IMG/VR virus record: IMGVR_UViG_3300048854_000081
Coordinates: 160,001-224,000 of that record
Direction: 5' to 3' (one strand)
Length of the DNA stretch: 64,000 nt
DNA from: a virus
Taxonomy: Duplodnaviria > Caudoviricetes
Shown here in pieces: positions 48,106-57,380 of this stretch; position 1 is the stretch's first letter, and each line of letters starts with the position of its first letter. The position numbers and the translations under genes are program-made. A model generated the notes under the pieces. It did no database searches. It saw nothing but the letters and a program-made list of their open reading frames with translations, and had not been told where the DNA came from.

Positions 48106-49221
48106 GTGGAAACATTTCGTCATTATTACCTCAAGTCGAGTATTGCTACTCTTCTTGGCATCATAGCCGGTGGCATTCTCGGTTACGTTCATTCTGGTGG
48201 TAACACTTTTACCATCGCCTTCACCGCCGCACTCTCCGGTATGTTCACAGTTGCCCTACTTTCCATTCTGGAAGTATCGGTTTCATTCGATAACGCAGTA
48301 CTAAACGCTACGGTTCTGAAGAAGCTTTCTGACCAGCATCGTAAGTGGTTCCTCTTTTGGGGTATTCTGATCGCCGTTGTCGGTATGCGATTGGCCTTCC
48401 CAGTCCTGATCGTCTCCGCAGTGGGTTCCATTTCACCAATTGCTGCCTTCACCTTGGCGGTTACCAACCCTTCTCAGTACTCGGTCATTCTCACTGAATC
48501 CAACGATTATGTGTCTGCTTTCGGTGGTGCATTCCTTCTGATGGTGGTGCTGAACTTCTTCCTCAATCGTGAGAAGGAAAATCATTGGTTGGGTTGGCTT
48601 GAAGCTCCGTTGACCAAGCTTGCCGAACTGAAGGTCATCGTTGCCCTTGCAGTAGTCTCGCTTACCAGCTTCGAAGTTGCTCCGGATCGTCAGCATACCT
48701 TCATGCTTGCCGGTATTCTCGGTGTCGGTCTCCACATGCTGGTCGATTGGGTTAAGAACTATCTTGAAGAGCATCATCCAGAAGCCGCTCCCGGCGCTGC
48801 ACTGACCTTCAAGGCTGCTATCGCAACTCTGCTATACCTTGAAATCCTTGACGCTAGCATGTCGTTTGACGGTGTTGTAGGTGCCTTCGCAATCACCACG
48901 GATATCTTCCAAGTGATGATTGGTCTCGGTGTCGGTGCATATTGGGTACGTTCGATCACCATTCATCTGGTTGAGAAGGACACCATGGCTGAATTCCGAT
49001 TCCTTGAGCACGGCGCACTGTATGCGATTGCCTGCCTTGCCATCATCATGTTCGTCAAGGTTAACCACCACGTTCCTGAAGTCTTCACTGGTATGGTTAG
49101 CTTGGTCATCATCGTGATTGCGGTCATCCACTCGCACATTCTCAACAAGAATGAAGCTGCCGCTGGTACGGATGAATCAACTCTGGTACAATACGCAGAG
49201 CAGCATCCTGAGACGACCTAA
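48106..49221 (+). CDS. TerC-like (DUF475-type) integral membrane protein
   Basis: LEVSVSFDNAVLNA, GMRLAFP, LEILDASMSFDGVVGAFA, LEHGA; GTG start with AAGGA SD. Confidence 0.88.
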   Translation: METFRHYYLKSSIATLLGIIAGGILGYVHSGGNTFTIAFTAALSGMFTVALLSILEVSVSFDNAVLNATVLKKLSDQHRKWFLFWGILIAVVGMRLAFPVLIVSAVGSISPIAAFTLAVTNPSQYSVILTESNDYVSAFGGAFLLMVVLNFFLNREKENHWLGWLEAPLTKLAELKVIVALAVVSLTSFEVAPDRQHTFMLAGILGVGLHMLVDWVKNYLEEHHPEAAPGAALTFKAAIATLLYLEILDASMSFDGVVGAFAITTDIFQVMIGLGVGAYWVRSITIHLVEKDTMAEFRFLEHGALYAIACLAIIMFVKVNHHVPEVFTGMVSLVIIVIAVIHSHILNKNEAAAGTDESTLVQYAEQHPETT

Positions 49222-49276
49222 TAAACCATGAAGGAGAGGATAACCCTCTCCTTCTTTTTAAGAGAATAAAAACACT

Positions 49277-50260
49277 ATGACAACCGTAACTCTACCCGCT
49301 AAAATCGTTACTGATGAAATGCTCTCCAACATTGGTAAGGATACTGGTAATGCTCTGTCTACCATCACCAATCATATGCTTGAGCTTCAGAAGGCTACTG
49401 ATACGGGTGCTCTTGGTGACAAGATCAATGAACTACTTAATGCTTCCCGCGAAATGTCTGCGGAAAACTTTAAGAAAGGTCCGCTACAGCAAGCTATCAG
49501 CAAGGTTCTTCGTATCAAGGACAATGCTCTAGCTCGTTTTCAGACGGCACAGGATAAGGTCAATCAGCTTGTTCGCAAGTATGATGTTGCCCGTCAGGAA
49601 GAGGTTAAGAACATTGCTCAGATCGGCGAGCTTTCCAAGGCCAATTATGAACTCTGCAAGCGTTTGATTTCTAATCTTGAGCAGTATGAAGAAGCTATCG
49701 TAACCATTGAAGCAGAAATTGCAGCCTATGGTACTGATACAACCAATCTGACTTTCGAAGAAAGCAAATCGCTCGCTGATGCTAGAAGTCGTCTGGATAA
49801 GGCTACGATGAATCGTAATCAAACACAGTCGCTTAAGGTACTGTCGATGCAGGCTGATCCGAGCATTGAAGGTATGAAGGCCACCAGTTCTTTTGTTATT
49901 CAGCAATTGGATAACATTACACAGAACATCATTCCTACCTATACGATCTTTTTCATCAAGTATCTTCAGGCGAAGCAGACTGAGGGTAAGCTCAACCTTA
50001 TCAAGAAGTCTAAGGAAATCACCAACCAAGCAGTAATTGCTGCTGGTGAACTGAGCGCACAGAATGCGATCAATGCTGCCAAGATGTCGCAGGATGAATT
50101 TATCGATATCGAAACCGTACGTAAGGATCATGAAACCATGATCAATTCAATCGCTGAGGTTAAGCGAATTCAGGAAGAAGGTCGTCAGCGTCGCCAAGCT
50201 GCATTCGGTGAACTGAAGGCTCTTGAACAGAAAACAATCGAAGCATTTTCCAAAAACTAA
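49277..50260 (+). CDS. telA: TelA-like toxic anion resistance protein
   Basis: All-helical protein in Ter cluster; IDIETV..TMINSIAEVKRIQEEGRQRRQ C-terminus. Confidence 0.7.
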   Translation: MTTVTLPAKIVTDEMLSNIGKDTGNALSTITNHMLELQKATDTGALGDKINELLNASREMSAENFKKGPLQQAISKVLRIKDNALARFQTAQDKVNQLVRKYDVARQEEVKNIAQIGELSKANYELCKRLISNLEQYEEAIVTIEAEIAAYGTDTTNLTFEESKSLADARSRLDKATMNRNQTQSLKVLSMQADPSIEGMKATSSFVIQQLDNITQNIIPTYTIFFIKYLQAKQTEGKLNLIKKSKEITNQAVIAAGELSAQNAINAAKMSQDEFIDIETVRKDHETMINSIAEVKRIQEEGRQRRQAAFGELKALEQKTIEAFSKN

Positions 50261-50274
50261 TTAAGGATAACATC

Positions 50275-50997
50275 ATGGGTAATTTGAGTCTTGAAAAGAA
50301 TGTAGAGAAGGTTAAGCTTTCTCTTGAGAAGCATGACGTGCTTGTAGCACCTATCGTGCGAGTCGGTGAAGCACTGGACATCAGTGGGTCGATGACCGAT
50401 TTATATCGTAACGGTTCTGTCGCCAATGTTGTCTTCCGTACGCTGGCACTAGCCATGGCGTTTGATGATAACGGTGAAATGGACATGCGTGCCTTCGGTA
50501 CTAGTGTCAAGGAACTTCCAGTTGCTACGCCAGACAATTTTGAATCGTATGTTGACAAGTACATTGTCCGTCCGGGTCTTGTCGGTGGTGGCACCAAGTA
50601 CAGCCCGTGCCTTCGCTCGTTCTTCGAATTCTATTTTCCGGAATCGAGTGCGAATGAAAGCAAGAAGACAGGTTTCATTGGTAAACTATTCGGCAAGAAG
50701 ACAGCCGAAGTACAGCCTGCCGCTGAAGTACCAGCACTGGTTCTGTTCATTACTGATGGTGAGAATGATGATTCTGATAACAGCCGTGCCGAACAGGTTC
50801 TTATCGATTCACAGGGCAAGCCGATTTACTGGCTAATGATTGGTATCGGTACGGAACGCTTCAGCTTCATTAAGAAGATGGCGGATGCATATCCGAACGT
50901 TGGCTTCCTACAGTTTAACGACTTGAATATGTCTGATGAAGCATTGTATGATGGCGTCATCAACGAAGAGTTCGTTGCTTGGGTCACCAAGAATTAA
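50275..50997 (+). CDS. Ter-associated vWA domain protein
   Basis: LDISGSM MIDAS, FDDNG, GGTKYSP, FITDGE. Confidence 0.88.
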   Translation: MGNLSLEKNVEKVKLSLEKHDVLVAPIVRVGEALDISGSMTDLYRNGSVANVVFRTLALAMAFDDNGEMDMRAFGTSVKELPVATPDNFESYVDKYIVRPGLVGGGTKYSPCLRSFFEFYFPESSANESKKTGFIGKLFGKKTAEVQPAAEVPALVLFITDGENDDSDNSRAEQVLIDSQGKPIYWLMIGIGTERFSFIKKMADAYPNVGFLQFNDLNMSDEALYDGVINEEFVAWVTKN

Positions 50998-51023
50998 TTG
51001 ATAATATCACGAAGGAAATAAAC

Positions 51024-51623
51024 ATGGCACTTACACTAGAAAAGAAAGAACCCCTTAGCCTTGAAAAGGTTGCTCCGGCATTGAAGCGTCTTGAAGTCGA
51101 AGCAATTTGGGTTACCCCAAAGACCAACGTCAAGTTTGACGTAGACCTTTCGGCATTCGTTTGCGAATATCGCGCAGACAAGACCGGTCAGGTTGTACCA
51201 CAGGTAATCACACAGGAGCATACATGCTTCCATGCTAATCCGATTACTGCTGATGGTGCTCTTGAGAACACCACGGGCGATGCTCTTGGTGAAGATGGTA
51301 CGGGTCGTGAAGTCATCGTGGTTACCATTGACAAGCTTGACCCACGTGCGAAGTATGTTCCATTCATCCTGACCATCGACAAGGCCGCACAGCGCCACCA
51401 GTCGTTCGGCATGGTTAAGAGCGGCGGTGTCAACATCCGCGATCTTGATTCGGGTGAGCTACTTGGCGAGTTCGTTTGGGGTACTGGTGCTTACACTGAT
51501 GAAACCGCTATCCATCTTGCCACCCTTGAGCGTGATGAGAATGGTGCCTTCACCTTTACTCGTGAAGACTCTGCCGGTGTCAAGTCGCTGTCGGAAATCG
51601 GTTCTCAGGATTACGGCTTCTAA
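51024..51623 (+). CDS. terD: TerD/TerZ-family stress protein
   Basis: LTLEK N-terminus, FDVDLSAF, TGDALG..E, QSFGMV. Confidence 0.75.
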   Translation: MALTLEKKEPLSLEKVAPALKRLEVEAIWVTPKTNVKFDVDLSAFVCEYRADKTGQVVPQVITQEHTCFHANPITADGALENTTGDALGEDGTGREVIVVTIDKLDPRAKYVPFILTIDKAAQRHQSFGMVKSGGVNIRDLDSGELLGEFVWGTGAYTDETAIHLATLERDENGAFTFTREDSAGVKSLSEIGSQDYGF

Positions 51624-51701
51624 GCTTGATTATAGTGTAAATAGTTGTATACTGTTGTGGCAGCTAAAGTTAGCTGCCACAATTTTTTCTAGAGGCGAAA
51701 C

Positions 51702-52493
51702 ATGGTGGACTTTACAAAAAAGCAAACTGAACAGCCCATCAAAAGGCTATCCCTATTCGGCAGTAAGCCAATTACCGCTGAAGTAAAGGCTCAACCTGTT
51801 GTTGCCCCTGTTGTAGAACAAAAGCCGACCATCAAACAGGTATTCGGTAGTAACCCTGCCAATGCTTTGGTGGACAAAGCTATCGAATATATTAAATCTA
51901 ATTATAAAGATGTATTCACCACAGAAGAAATAAATCTTCGTTCATTGGTTCGTCGTCTTGCTCTTCTAGATTTGGTCACGGTAACTACATGGGGTGATGA
52001 TCAGCTTGCTGAGCAACGCAAGACGATTCAACTAGCTTCTAGTCGTATCAACGAATTTTATAAGCTGAATTGTACTACCATTCTATCCGAAGCCATCGAT
52101 GTAGCTCAGAATCGCCATAAGAGTTTTCTGGACAAGTTTAAGAAGACAGATACCAAAGAAGTTTACTTATCACGAATCGAAGAAATGAAGGTTAGGCTTA
52201 AGGGTCTTCTTCCAGATATCGAAGAGTGTAAGAAAAAGACCAAGACCAATGTTCTGGTTCTTCATCTGATTGCCTTAGCTTCAGTCAATGAAACATCTAA
52301 GGGTAGCGATGTCCTGATCGAGGAAGCCTTGTATGAGCGCAGACGTTTGATTCAGGGTGCTATTCAGAACGTGGAAGTAGTCAATGCCAAGCTCGATCAG
52401 GTAAGAAGTGAAATCGTTTCAATGCAAAATCAGATAGAGCACACCCTATCAGTCACCTTTGCTTCACTAGATTTAACTACCGTTTATAAATAA
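51702..52493 (+). CDS. Hypothetical helical protein (Ter/TelA-associated)
   Basis: Adjacent to Ter cluster; coiled-coil. Confidence 0.5.
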   Translation: MVDFTKKQTEQPIKRLSLFGSKPITAEVKAQPVVAPVVEQKPTIKQVFGSNPANALVDKAIEYIKSNYKDVFTTEEINLRSLVRRLALLDLVTVTTWGDDQLAEQRKTIQLASSRINEFYKLNCTTILSEAIDVAQNRHKSFLDKFKKTDTKEVYLSRIEEMKVRLKGLLPDIEECKKKTKTNVLVLHLIALASVNETSKGSDVLIEEALYERRRLIQGAIQNVEVVNAKLDQVRSEIVSMQNQIEHTLSVTFASLDLTTVYK

Positions 52494-52538
52494 GCTTGAC
52501 AATTAAACTTGTAGTGTTATTATAGTTTCACAATTTAT

Positions 52539-52670
52539 GCCCTTGTAGCTCAGTTGGTAAGAGCGCGTAGAACGCCGAAAGGCTATATTCTGTTAAGAAT
52601 ATGTACCGCATCCACTTCATATCATGCTAAGATCGAGGTCGTTGGGTTCGAATCCCAGCCAAGGGCTCCA
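52539..52670 (+). ncRNA. tRNA-like RNA (132 nt) with the anticodon arm replaced by an extended multi-hairpin insert
   Basis: GCCCTTG/CAAGGGC-T-CCA acceptor, canonical D arm and T loop; insert has GCC-GAAA-GGC and ATATTCT-GTTA-AGAATAT hairpins; TTGACA promoter at 52496. Confidence 0.65.
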
Positions 52671-52683
52671 ATTTAGGACTTTT

Positions 52684-52947
52684 ATGTTGTTGACAGAAGA
52701 ACAGATAGTTGAGCAGCTTGCACCGCTTATCAGTGAAGAAGATAGAGAATGGATCAAAGCTTTCGATAAGAAAGACTTGCCTATGTTACACCATGACGTT
52801 GGAAGGTTTATTCGTAATCACTTCAAGTTATGGGAAAGACAGCATGAACCAGTGATCATAGACGGCGTAGACCATGCTGAAGATCATCCTGATGCAATAT
52901 CAATGCGTATTATTGAAAAATACCACGCGTCGTTACAAAATAACTAA
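52684..52947 (+). CDS. Hypothetical protein
   Basis: HHDVGRFIRNHFKLW..HPDAISMRII; AGGA SD. Confidence 0.6.
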   Translation: MLLTEEQIVEQLAPLISEEDREWIKAFDKKDLPMLHHDVGRFIRNHFKLWERQHEPVIIDGVDHAEDHPDAISMRIIEKYHASLQNN

Positions 52948-52959
52948 ATAGATTTATAT

Positions 52960-53034
52960 GCATCGTTAGCTCAGTGGTAGAGCAGTGCTTTTACACGGCG
53001 AAGGTCGGGGGTTCGAATCCCTCACGATGTACCA
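52960..53034 (+). tRNA. tRNA-Val(TAC)
   Basis: Loop TT-TAC-AC, ACCA. Confidence 0.85.
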
Positions 53035-53047
53035 GTTTAAAATTTAC

Positions 53048-53122
53048 GGCGAATTCGTATAACGGCTAGTATGGGACTCTCTGAAAGTCTAGGCGGTGGT
53101 TCGATTCCATCATTCGCTGCCA
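53048..53122 (+). tRNA. tRNA-Gln(CTG)
   Basis: GGACT-CTCTGAA-AGTCT, GCCA. Confidence 0.85.
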
Positions 53123-53133
53123 AATTAAGTAAT

Positions 53134-53209
53134 GCCCTTGTAGTTCAGTGGTAGTAATAATTCATTGGTAATGAATAGGTCGTTGGTTCGATTCCAACCT
53201 AGGGCACCA
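53134..53209 (+). tRNA. tRNA-Thr(GGT)
   Basis: ATTCA-TTGGTAA-TGAAT, ACCA. Confidence 0.85.
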
Positions 53210-53214
53210 GATAT

Positions 53215-53288
53215 AGGGAATTAGTTTAGTGGTAGAACAGGAGCCTTTGAAGCTTCATGCGGTGGTTCGATCCCACCATTCCCTGCCA
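53215..53288 (+). tRNA. tRNA-Gln(TTG)
   Basis: GGAGC-CTTTGAA-GCTTC, GCCA. Confidence 0.87.
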
Positions 53289-53291
53289 TAC

Positions 53292-53316
53292 AAAAGCTCA
53301 CTTCGGTGAGCTTTTT
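53292..53316 (+). terminator. Terminator closing tRNA cluster 2
   Basis: AAAAGCTCAC-TTCG-GTGAGCTTTTT. Confidence 0.85.
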
Positions 53317-53387
53317 CTTTTGTATCTCATCATTGATTTCGGTGTTATTATCCTGTATCATGATTGTGTATTTTACAGGTAATAGCT

Positions 53388-53720
53388 ATGTTAGAATTTT
53401 TAGGTTGGACTGGATTTATTATAATTGAAGCGATCTTAGTGATTACTTTAATTGGATCGTTTAGAGCAATATACGATGCAGTTTTAGGTTTTTGGGGTGA
53501 AGTAGTTATATTTTTGTTAATGTTATTAGTGTTTATCGTTATTAATTGTGTAATGTGGTATGGTTCGTATAACTATCGTCACCCATGTATACAAACACAA
53601 GAACAGCTAGTTCAGTATCCACCGCATGCTGTGTATCGCACATCAGGTAAGTTTCGTGAGTATATCGGACAGAGTGAAGCGTATTCAGTATACGAACCGG
53701 TCTGTATTAAACGTAAGTAA
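53388..53720 (+). CDS. Membrane protein (two TM helices)
   Basis: Two hydrophobic segments. Confidence 0.55.
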   Translation: MLEFLGWTGFIIIEAILVITLIGSFRAIYDAVLGFWGEVVIFLLMLLVFIVINCVMWYGSYNYRHPCIQTQEQLVQYPPHAVYRTSGKFREYIGQSEAYSVYEPVCIKRK

Positions 53721-53730
53721 GGAGAAATCT

Positions 53731-54036
53731 ATGAACCTTGATCCTTTCACCTTTGGTGATTCGATTGCCGCACAAGTGCTCGCTGACCGTCTTAATGAAA
53801 TCAACAATCCCAATACCTTGAGCACTGTAAGCAAGTTCATACAGAGTAATCAAATAGCTATCAATGGGATTGGCACTATCTGGAATTCTCAGGCTCGTGC
53901 TTCTGTAGCCATCGTTTATCGTGAAGAGATTCATCGTCGTCTAGCAAAGTCCACGACCATTCCTGAGAAGCTAAAGTCATACATTGCTAATATTTTGATT
54001 GGTAAGATCAAGGCCATACTGGACGGTTGCGTATAA
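53731..54036 (+). CDS. Hypothetical protein
   Basis: AAGGAG SD before ATG 53731. Confidence 0.55.
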   Translation: MNLDPFTFGDSIAAQVLADRLNEINNPNTLSTVSKFIQSNQIAINGIGTIWNSQARASVAIVYREEIHRRLAKSTTIPEKLKSYIANILIGKIKAILDGCV

Positions 54037-54124
54037 ATTCACAAATGTGATTTTGATGACTAAATAAATTTTCACCAGAATTTCACTGTTGTATAAATAA
54101 TTTTTACAACAGGGGTATAAATTT

Positions 54125-54781
54125 ATGAAATGCGGTCGTTTCGTTCTAGCCGTTTTATTAGCCTTTAGTATCGGATGCAGTCACACAGCCCATCCAGATA
54201 CGTCAAATAAGACCACTATCACCGACCAAGATAGTGTAACTTTATATGGTCCTGTAACAGAATTATCAATTAATAAAGCTATTAGAAAGCTTCACTCGTT
54301 ACAAAATGTCGATATCGACAAACCCATTTACTTACTAATAGATTCCGGTGGTGGCGATGTCTTTGCCGGAATCAAGTTGATTGACGCAATGCAATCATCT
54401 AAGCGACCTGTGTACACGGTTGTAGTAGGAAAAGCATGTAGTATGGCTGCTTTCATACAATCCTACGGTGTCAAACGATACATGTATCCACATGCTTTCA
54501 TAATGTTTCATAATGCTACCATATCGGTTCCGGAAGGTACTGACATGAACAAGATTGAATCATACGTATTGATGGTAAAACATGTCATATACAATCTAAA
54601 TTCAAAGATTTCTGAAAATACTGGAATTCCTTTACGTGAGCTAGCTTCTCGTGAACAAGTAGAATGGTATCTATTGGATGAAGAGGCCATGGAAACTCAC
54701 GTGGTTACTGACATCGCGAATTTCGTAACCTTTCCTCTAAGAAACGATTCAGAATTTCAACCAAGTAAGGATGACGATTAA
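54125..54781 (+). CDS. ClpP-like serine protease with lipoprotein-type signal peptide
   Basis: IDSGGGDV, ACSMAA (catalytic Ser), IMFHNA (His); N-terminal MKCGRFVLAVLLAFSIGC; TATAAATA at 54092. Confidence 0.8.
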   Translation: MKCGRFVLAVLLAFSIGCSHTAHPDTSNKTTITDQDSVTLYGPVTELSINKAIRKLHSLQNVDIDKPIYLLIDSGGGDVFAGIKLIDAMQSSKRPVYTVVVGKACSMAAFIQSYGVKRYMYPHAFIMFHNATISVPEGTDMNKIESYVLMVKHVIYNLNSKISENTGIPLRELASREQVEWYLLDEEAMETHVVTDIANFVTFPLRNDSEFQPSKDDD

Positions 54782-54902
54782 AATATCAATTTATCTGAGA
54801 CAGCATTTTTAAATTGAATTGGATATTTCTCTAGGATAATATCCATATTCGGCAGAACATCTACATAAATAAATCTGCCATCAACTCTCAGGTAATTCTC
54901 AA

Positions 54903-55955
54903 ATGAAAAAGGTTCTCTTTATTTTAAAGAAGAGAGGTTTGCCTTATCAGCAGGCTGCATCTTCGACCCCTTATGGGTCATTCTCATCCGGTTTATACAA
55001 TTCCGTAAAATTTATCAACGATATGCTTCTGGATCACCACGTTGAATCCAGTATGGTCGAAGTTAATGATAATAACGATATCGACCGCGAAGTAACGAAA
55101 GCCCGTCCAGACATTGTTGTTGTTGAAGCATTGTGGGTGGTTCCTTCAAAGTTTGAGGTCTTGACAAAACTTCACCCTAATGTAACATGGGTTGTTCGCA
55201 TCCATTCGGAAATGCCATTCATTTCCAATGAAGGTATTGCCATGGATTGGTTGTTTGGTTACGCCAAATATGAAAAAGTAGTTATCGCACCAAATACAGA
55301 ACGTATGTGCACAGATATTGCAAACATGCTATCATCGAAGTATGGTCACCATTACCTAGAAGATAAGATAGTCTATCTTCCTAATTACTATGTTATGGAA
55401 TCACCAAACCAGAAATTAAATTCTGATGATTCTGTAATCAATGTAGGCTGTTTCGGAGCTATCCGTCCACTTAAGAATCAGTTGCTTCAGGCTCTAGCTG
55501 CTATCGAATTTGCCAAGAAGGCTAAAAAGCGTTTGAGATTTCATATCAATGCTTCCCGAGTAGAGCAGGGTAACAATGTATTGAAGAACATTCGTAATTT
55601 ATTTGCCAATCTCGATCCGTTCCATTTTGAGCTTGTTGAACATGGTTGGTTGAACCATGATGACTTCCTAAGAGTCATCGCACAGATGGATATCAGTCTT
55701 CAGCTATCGTTCTCGGAGACATTTAACATTTGTACGGCTGATGCTATTTCGCAGAACGTTCCAGTGGTTGTAAGTCCGGAAATCTTTTGGGTTACCAAAC
55801 TGTTCCAAACATCGCCAACATCTATCAAGCAGATTGTTGAAAAAATGAGTAAGGCATTGACTTGTAAGCACTTTGGTACTTATTACAACAAGAAAACTCT
55901 TAAGAAATACAATTCACGTAGTAAGGTAATCTGGCTAGACTACCTGAACGGTTAA
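54903..55955 (+). CDS. GT-B glycosyltransferase (late)
   Basis: FGAIRPLKN, HGWL, SFSETFNICTADAISQNVPVV; ATAAATA at 54865. Confidence 0.8.
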   Translation: MKKVLFILKKRGLPYQQAASSTPYGSFSSGLYNSVKFINDMLLDHHVESSMVEVNDNNDIDREVTKARPDIVVVEALWVVPSKFEVLTKLHPNVTWVVRIHSEMPFISNEGIAMDWLFGYAKYEKVVIAPNTERMCTDIANMLSSKYGHHYLEDKIVYLPNYYVMESPNQKLNSDDSVINVGCFGAIRPLKNQLLQALAAIEFAKKAKKRLRFHINASRVEQGNNVLKNIRNLFANLDPFHFELVEHGWLNHDDFLRVIAQMDISLQLSFSETFNICTADAISQNVPVVVSPEIFWVTKLFQTSPTSIKQIVEKMSKALTCKHFGTYYNKKTLKKYNSRSKVIWLDYLNG

Positions 55956-56044
55956 TTAATATTAGAAACGTAAACATTAAAAGCCCTTGCAGATAGCAGG
56001 GGCTTTTTGTATTATAGCGCTTCCAACGGTTTGAAGGATATCAA

Positions 56045-57328
56045 ATGGCTAAGAAATATGCTATGCTTGTCAAAGTTGATGGCAGCAATAACAATAACAA
56101 GTTCTATGAGATTACATGGAATGATGACGACTCTGTAACCGCTCGTTATGGCCGCAATGGCGATAATGGTGTTACCGAACACAAGGGTCATGGTGAAACT
56201 GCCTTTCTTAAGGTCTTCAAAGCCAAGACCAGTGCAAGCAAGGGTTATAAGCAAGTTGATGTTCTTACCGGTACTGACTCTGGCATTCCCACGGGTGGTG
56301 TTTCCAAGGTTACTGAAAGCCTTGCTGAAATCGCCAAGCGTGATATTAGCAACAACAATCCTGTTATGGCCGCGCTGCTGGACAAGCTGGCTAAGATCAA
56401 CAAGTACGAACTGATGAAGAGCACTGGCGATAAGATCGACATCGTTGATGGTGTGGTCCGTACAGTTCTCGGTCCTATCACGCTGAGTGCCGTGGGCGAA
56501 GCCCGTAGCGAACTCATCAAGCTTTCCAAGTTCGTTGAAACCGAAGATTATGGTGATGAATACGGTTCACTCCTTAATCAGTACCTAAGCATCATTCCGC
56601 AGGCTGTTCCGCGTAAGCGCGGCTGGGATAAGGAATTCTTTGGTAAGGTAAGCTCACTAGCTTCCCAGTCTGCTCTTCTTGACCAGATTGAAACCTCGAT
56701 CACCAATTACAAGCCTGCTCCGGTTGTGGATAACGGTGTACAGAAGGAAGTTGCTCGTGTCTTTGGTCATAGTCTTGAAATCGTTGAAGACGGTGCCACG
56801 ATTGATCGTATTACCAAGTTCTATAAAGATAATATGAATCGTAGCCATCAGTGTGCACACCTGAAGCTTAAGCGTATCTACAAGGTATCCAATCCTGATA
56901 CCGAAGCACGCTATAAGACCGCACTACAGCGTGTCGGTAACGAGAAGCAGCTATGGCATGGTACCCGTGCATTCAACGTACTCTCGATCCTCAAAGGTGG
57001 TTTGATCATCCCTACCTCTGCTGGTGGTTATCACATCACGGGTCGTATGTTCGGTGATGGACTGTACTTCAGCGATCAGAGCACCAAATCACTAAACTAT
57101 GCCTACGGTTACTGGGGTGGCGGTGGTCGTGAAGAGAATTGCTTTATGTTCTTGGCTGATGTAGCCATGGGTAAGCATTTCACACCAAGCAACCCGATTC
57201 AGCGTATCCCAGCCGGTTACGATTCATGCTTCGCTATTGGCGGTCGCAGTGGTGTACAGAACAATGAAATGATCGTATATTCACTCGATCAGGCTAATCT
57301 CGGTTACCTGTGTGAATTCGACGCTTGA
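56045..57328 (+). CDS. Poly(ADP-ribose) polymerase-like protein (WGR + regulatory + catalytic)
   Basis: NNNKFYEI..YGR WGR domain; LWHGT, GRMFGDGLYFSDQSTKSLNY, NNEMIVY (H-Y-E triad). Confidence 0.9.
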   Translation: MAKKYAMLVKVDGSNNNNKFYEITWNDDDSVTARYGRNGDNGVTEHKGHGETAFLKVFKAKTSASKGYKQVDVLTGTDSGIPTGGVSKVTESLAEIAKRDISNNNPVMAALLDKLAKINKYELMKSTGDKIDIVDGVVRTVLGPITLSAVGEARSELIKLSKFVETEDYGDEYGSLLNQYLSIIPQAVPRKRGWDKEFFGKVSSLASQSALLDQIETSITNYKPAPVVDNGVQKEVARVFGHSLEIVEDGATIDRITKFYKDNMNRSHQCAHLKLKRIYKVSNPDTEARYKTALQRVGNEKQLWHGTRAFNVLSILKGGLIIPTSAGGYHITGRMFGDGLYFSDQSTKSLNYAYGYWGGGGREENCFMFLADVAMGKHFTPSNPIQRIPAGYDSCFAIGGRSGVQNNEMIVYSLDQANLGYLCEFDA

Positions 57329-57380
57329 TTTGCGTTGAATTCCAAGGTACAATATAAACCTCCCACAAACTGGAAATTTT

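Noticed and set aside
52490-52540. A second leader-peptide attenuator before tRNA clusters 2 or 3
   Set aside because: Promoters lead directly into the RNAs with no uORF or terminator in between
52624-52683. N-terminal extension of the 52624 ORF
   Set aside because: It overlaps the tRNA-like RNA; ATG 52684 has the SD
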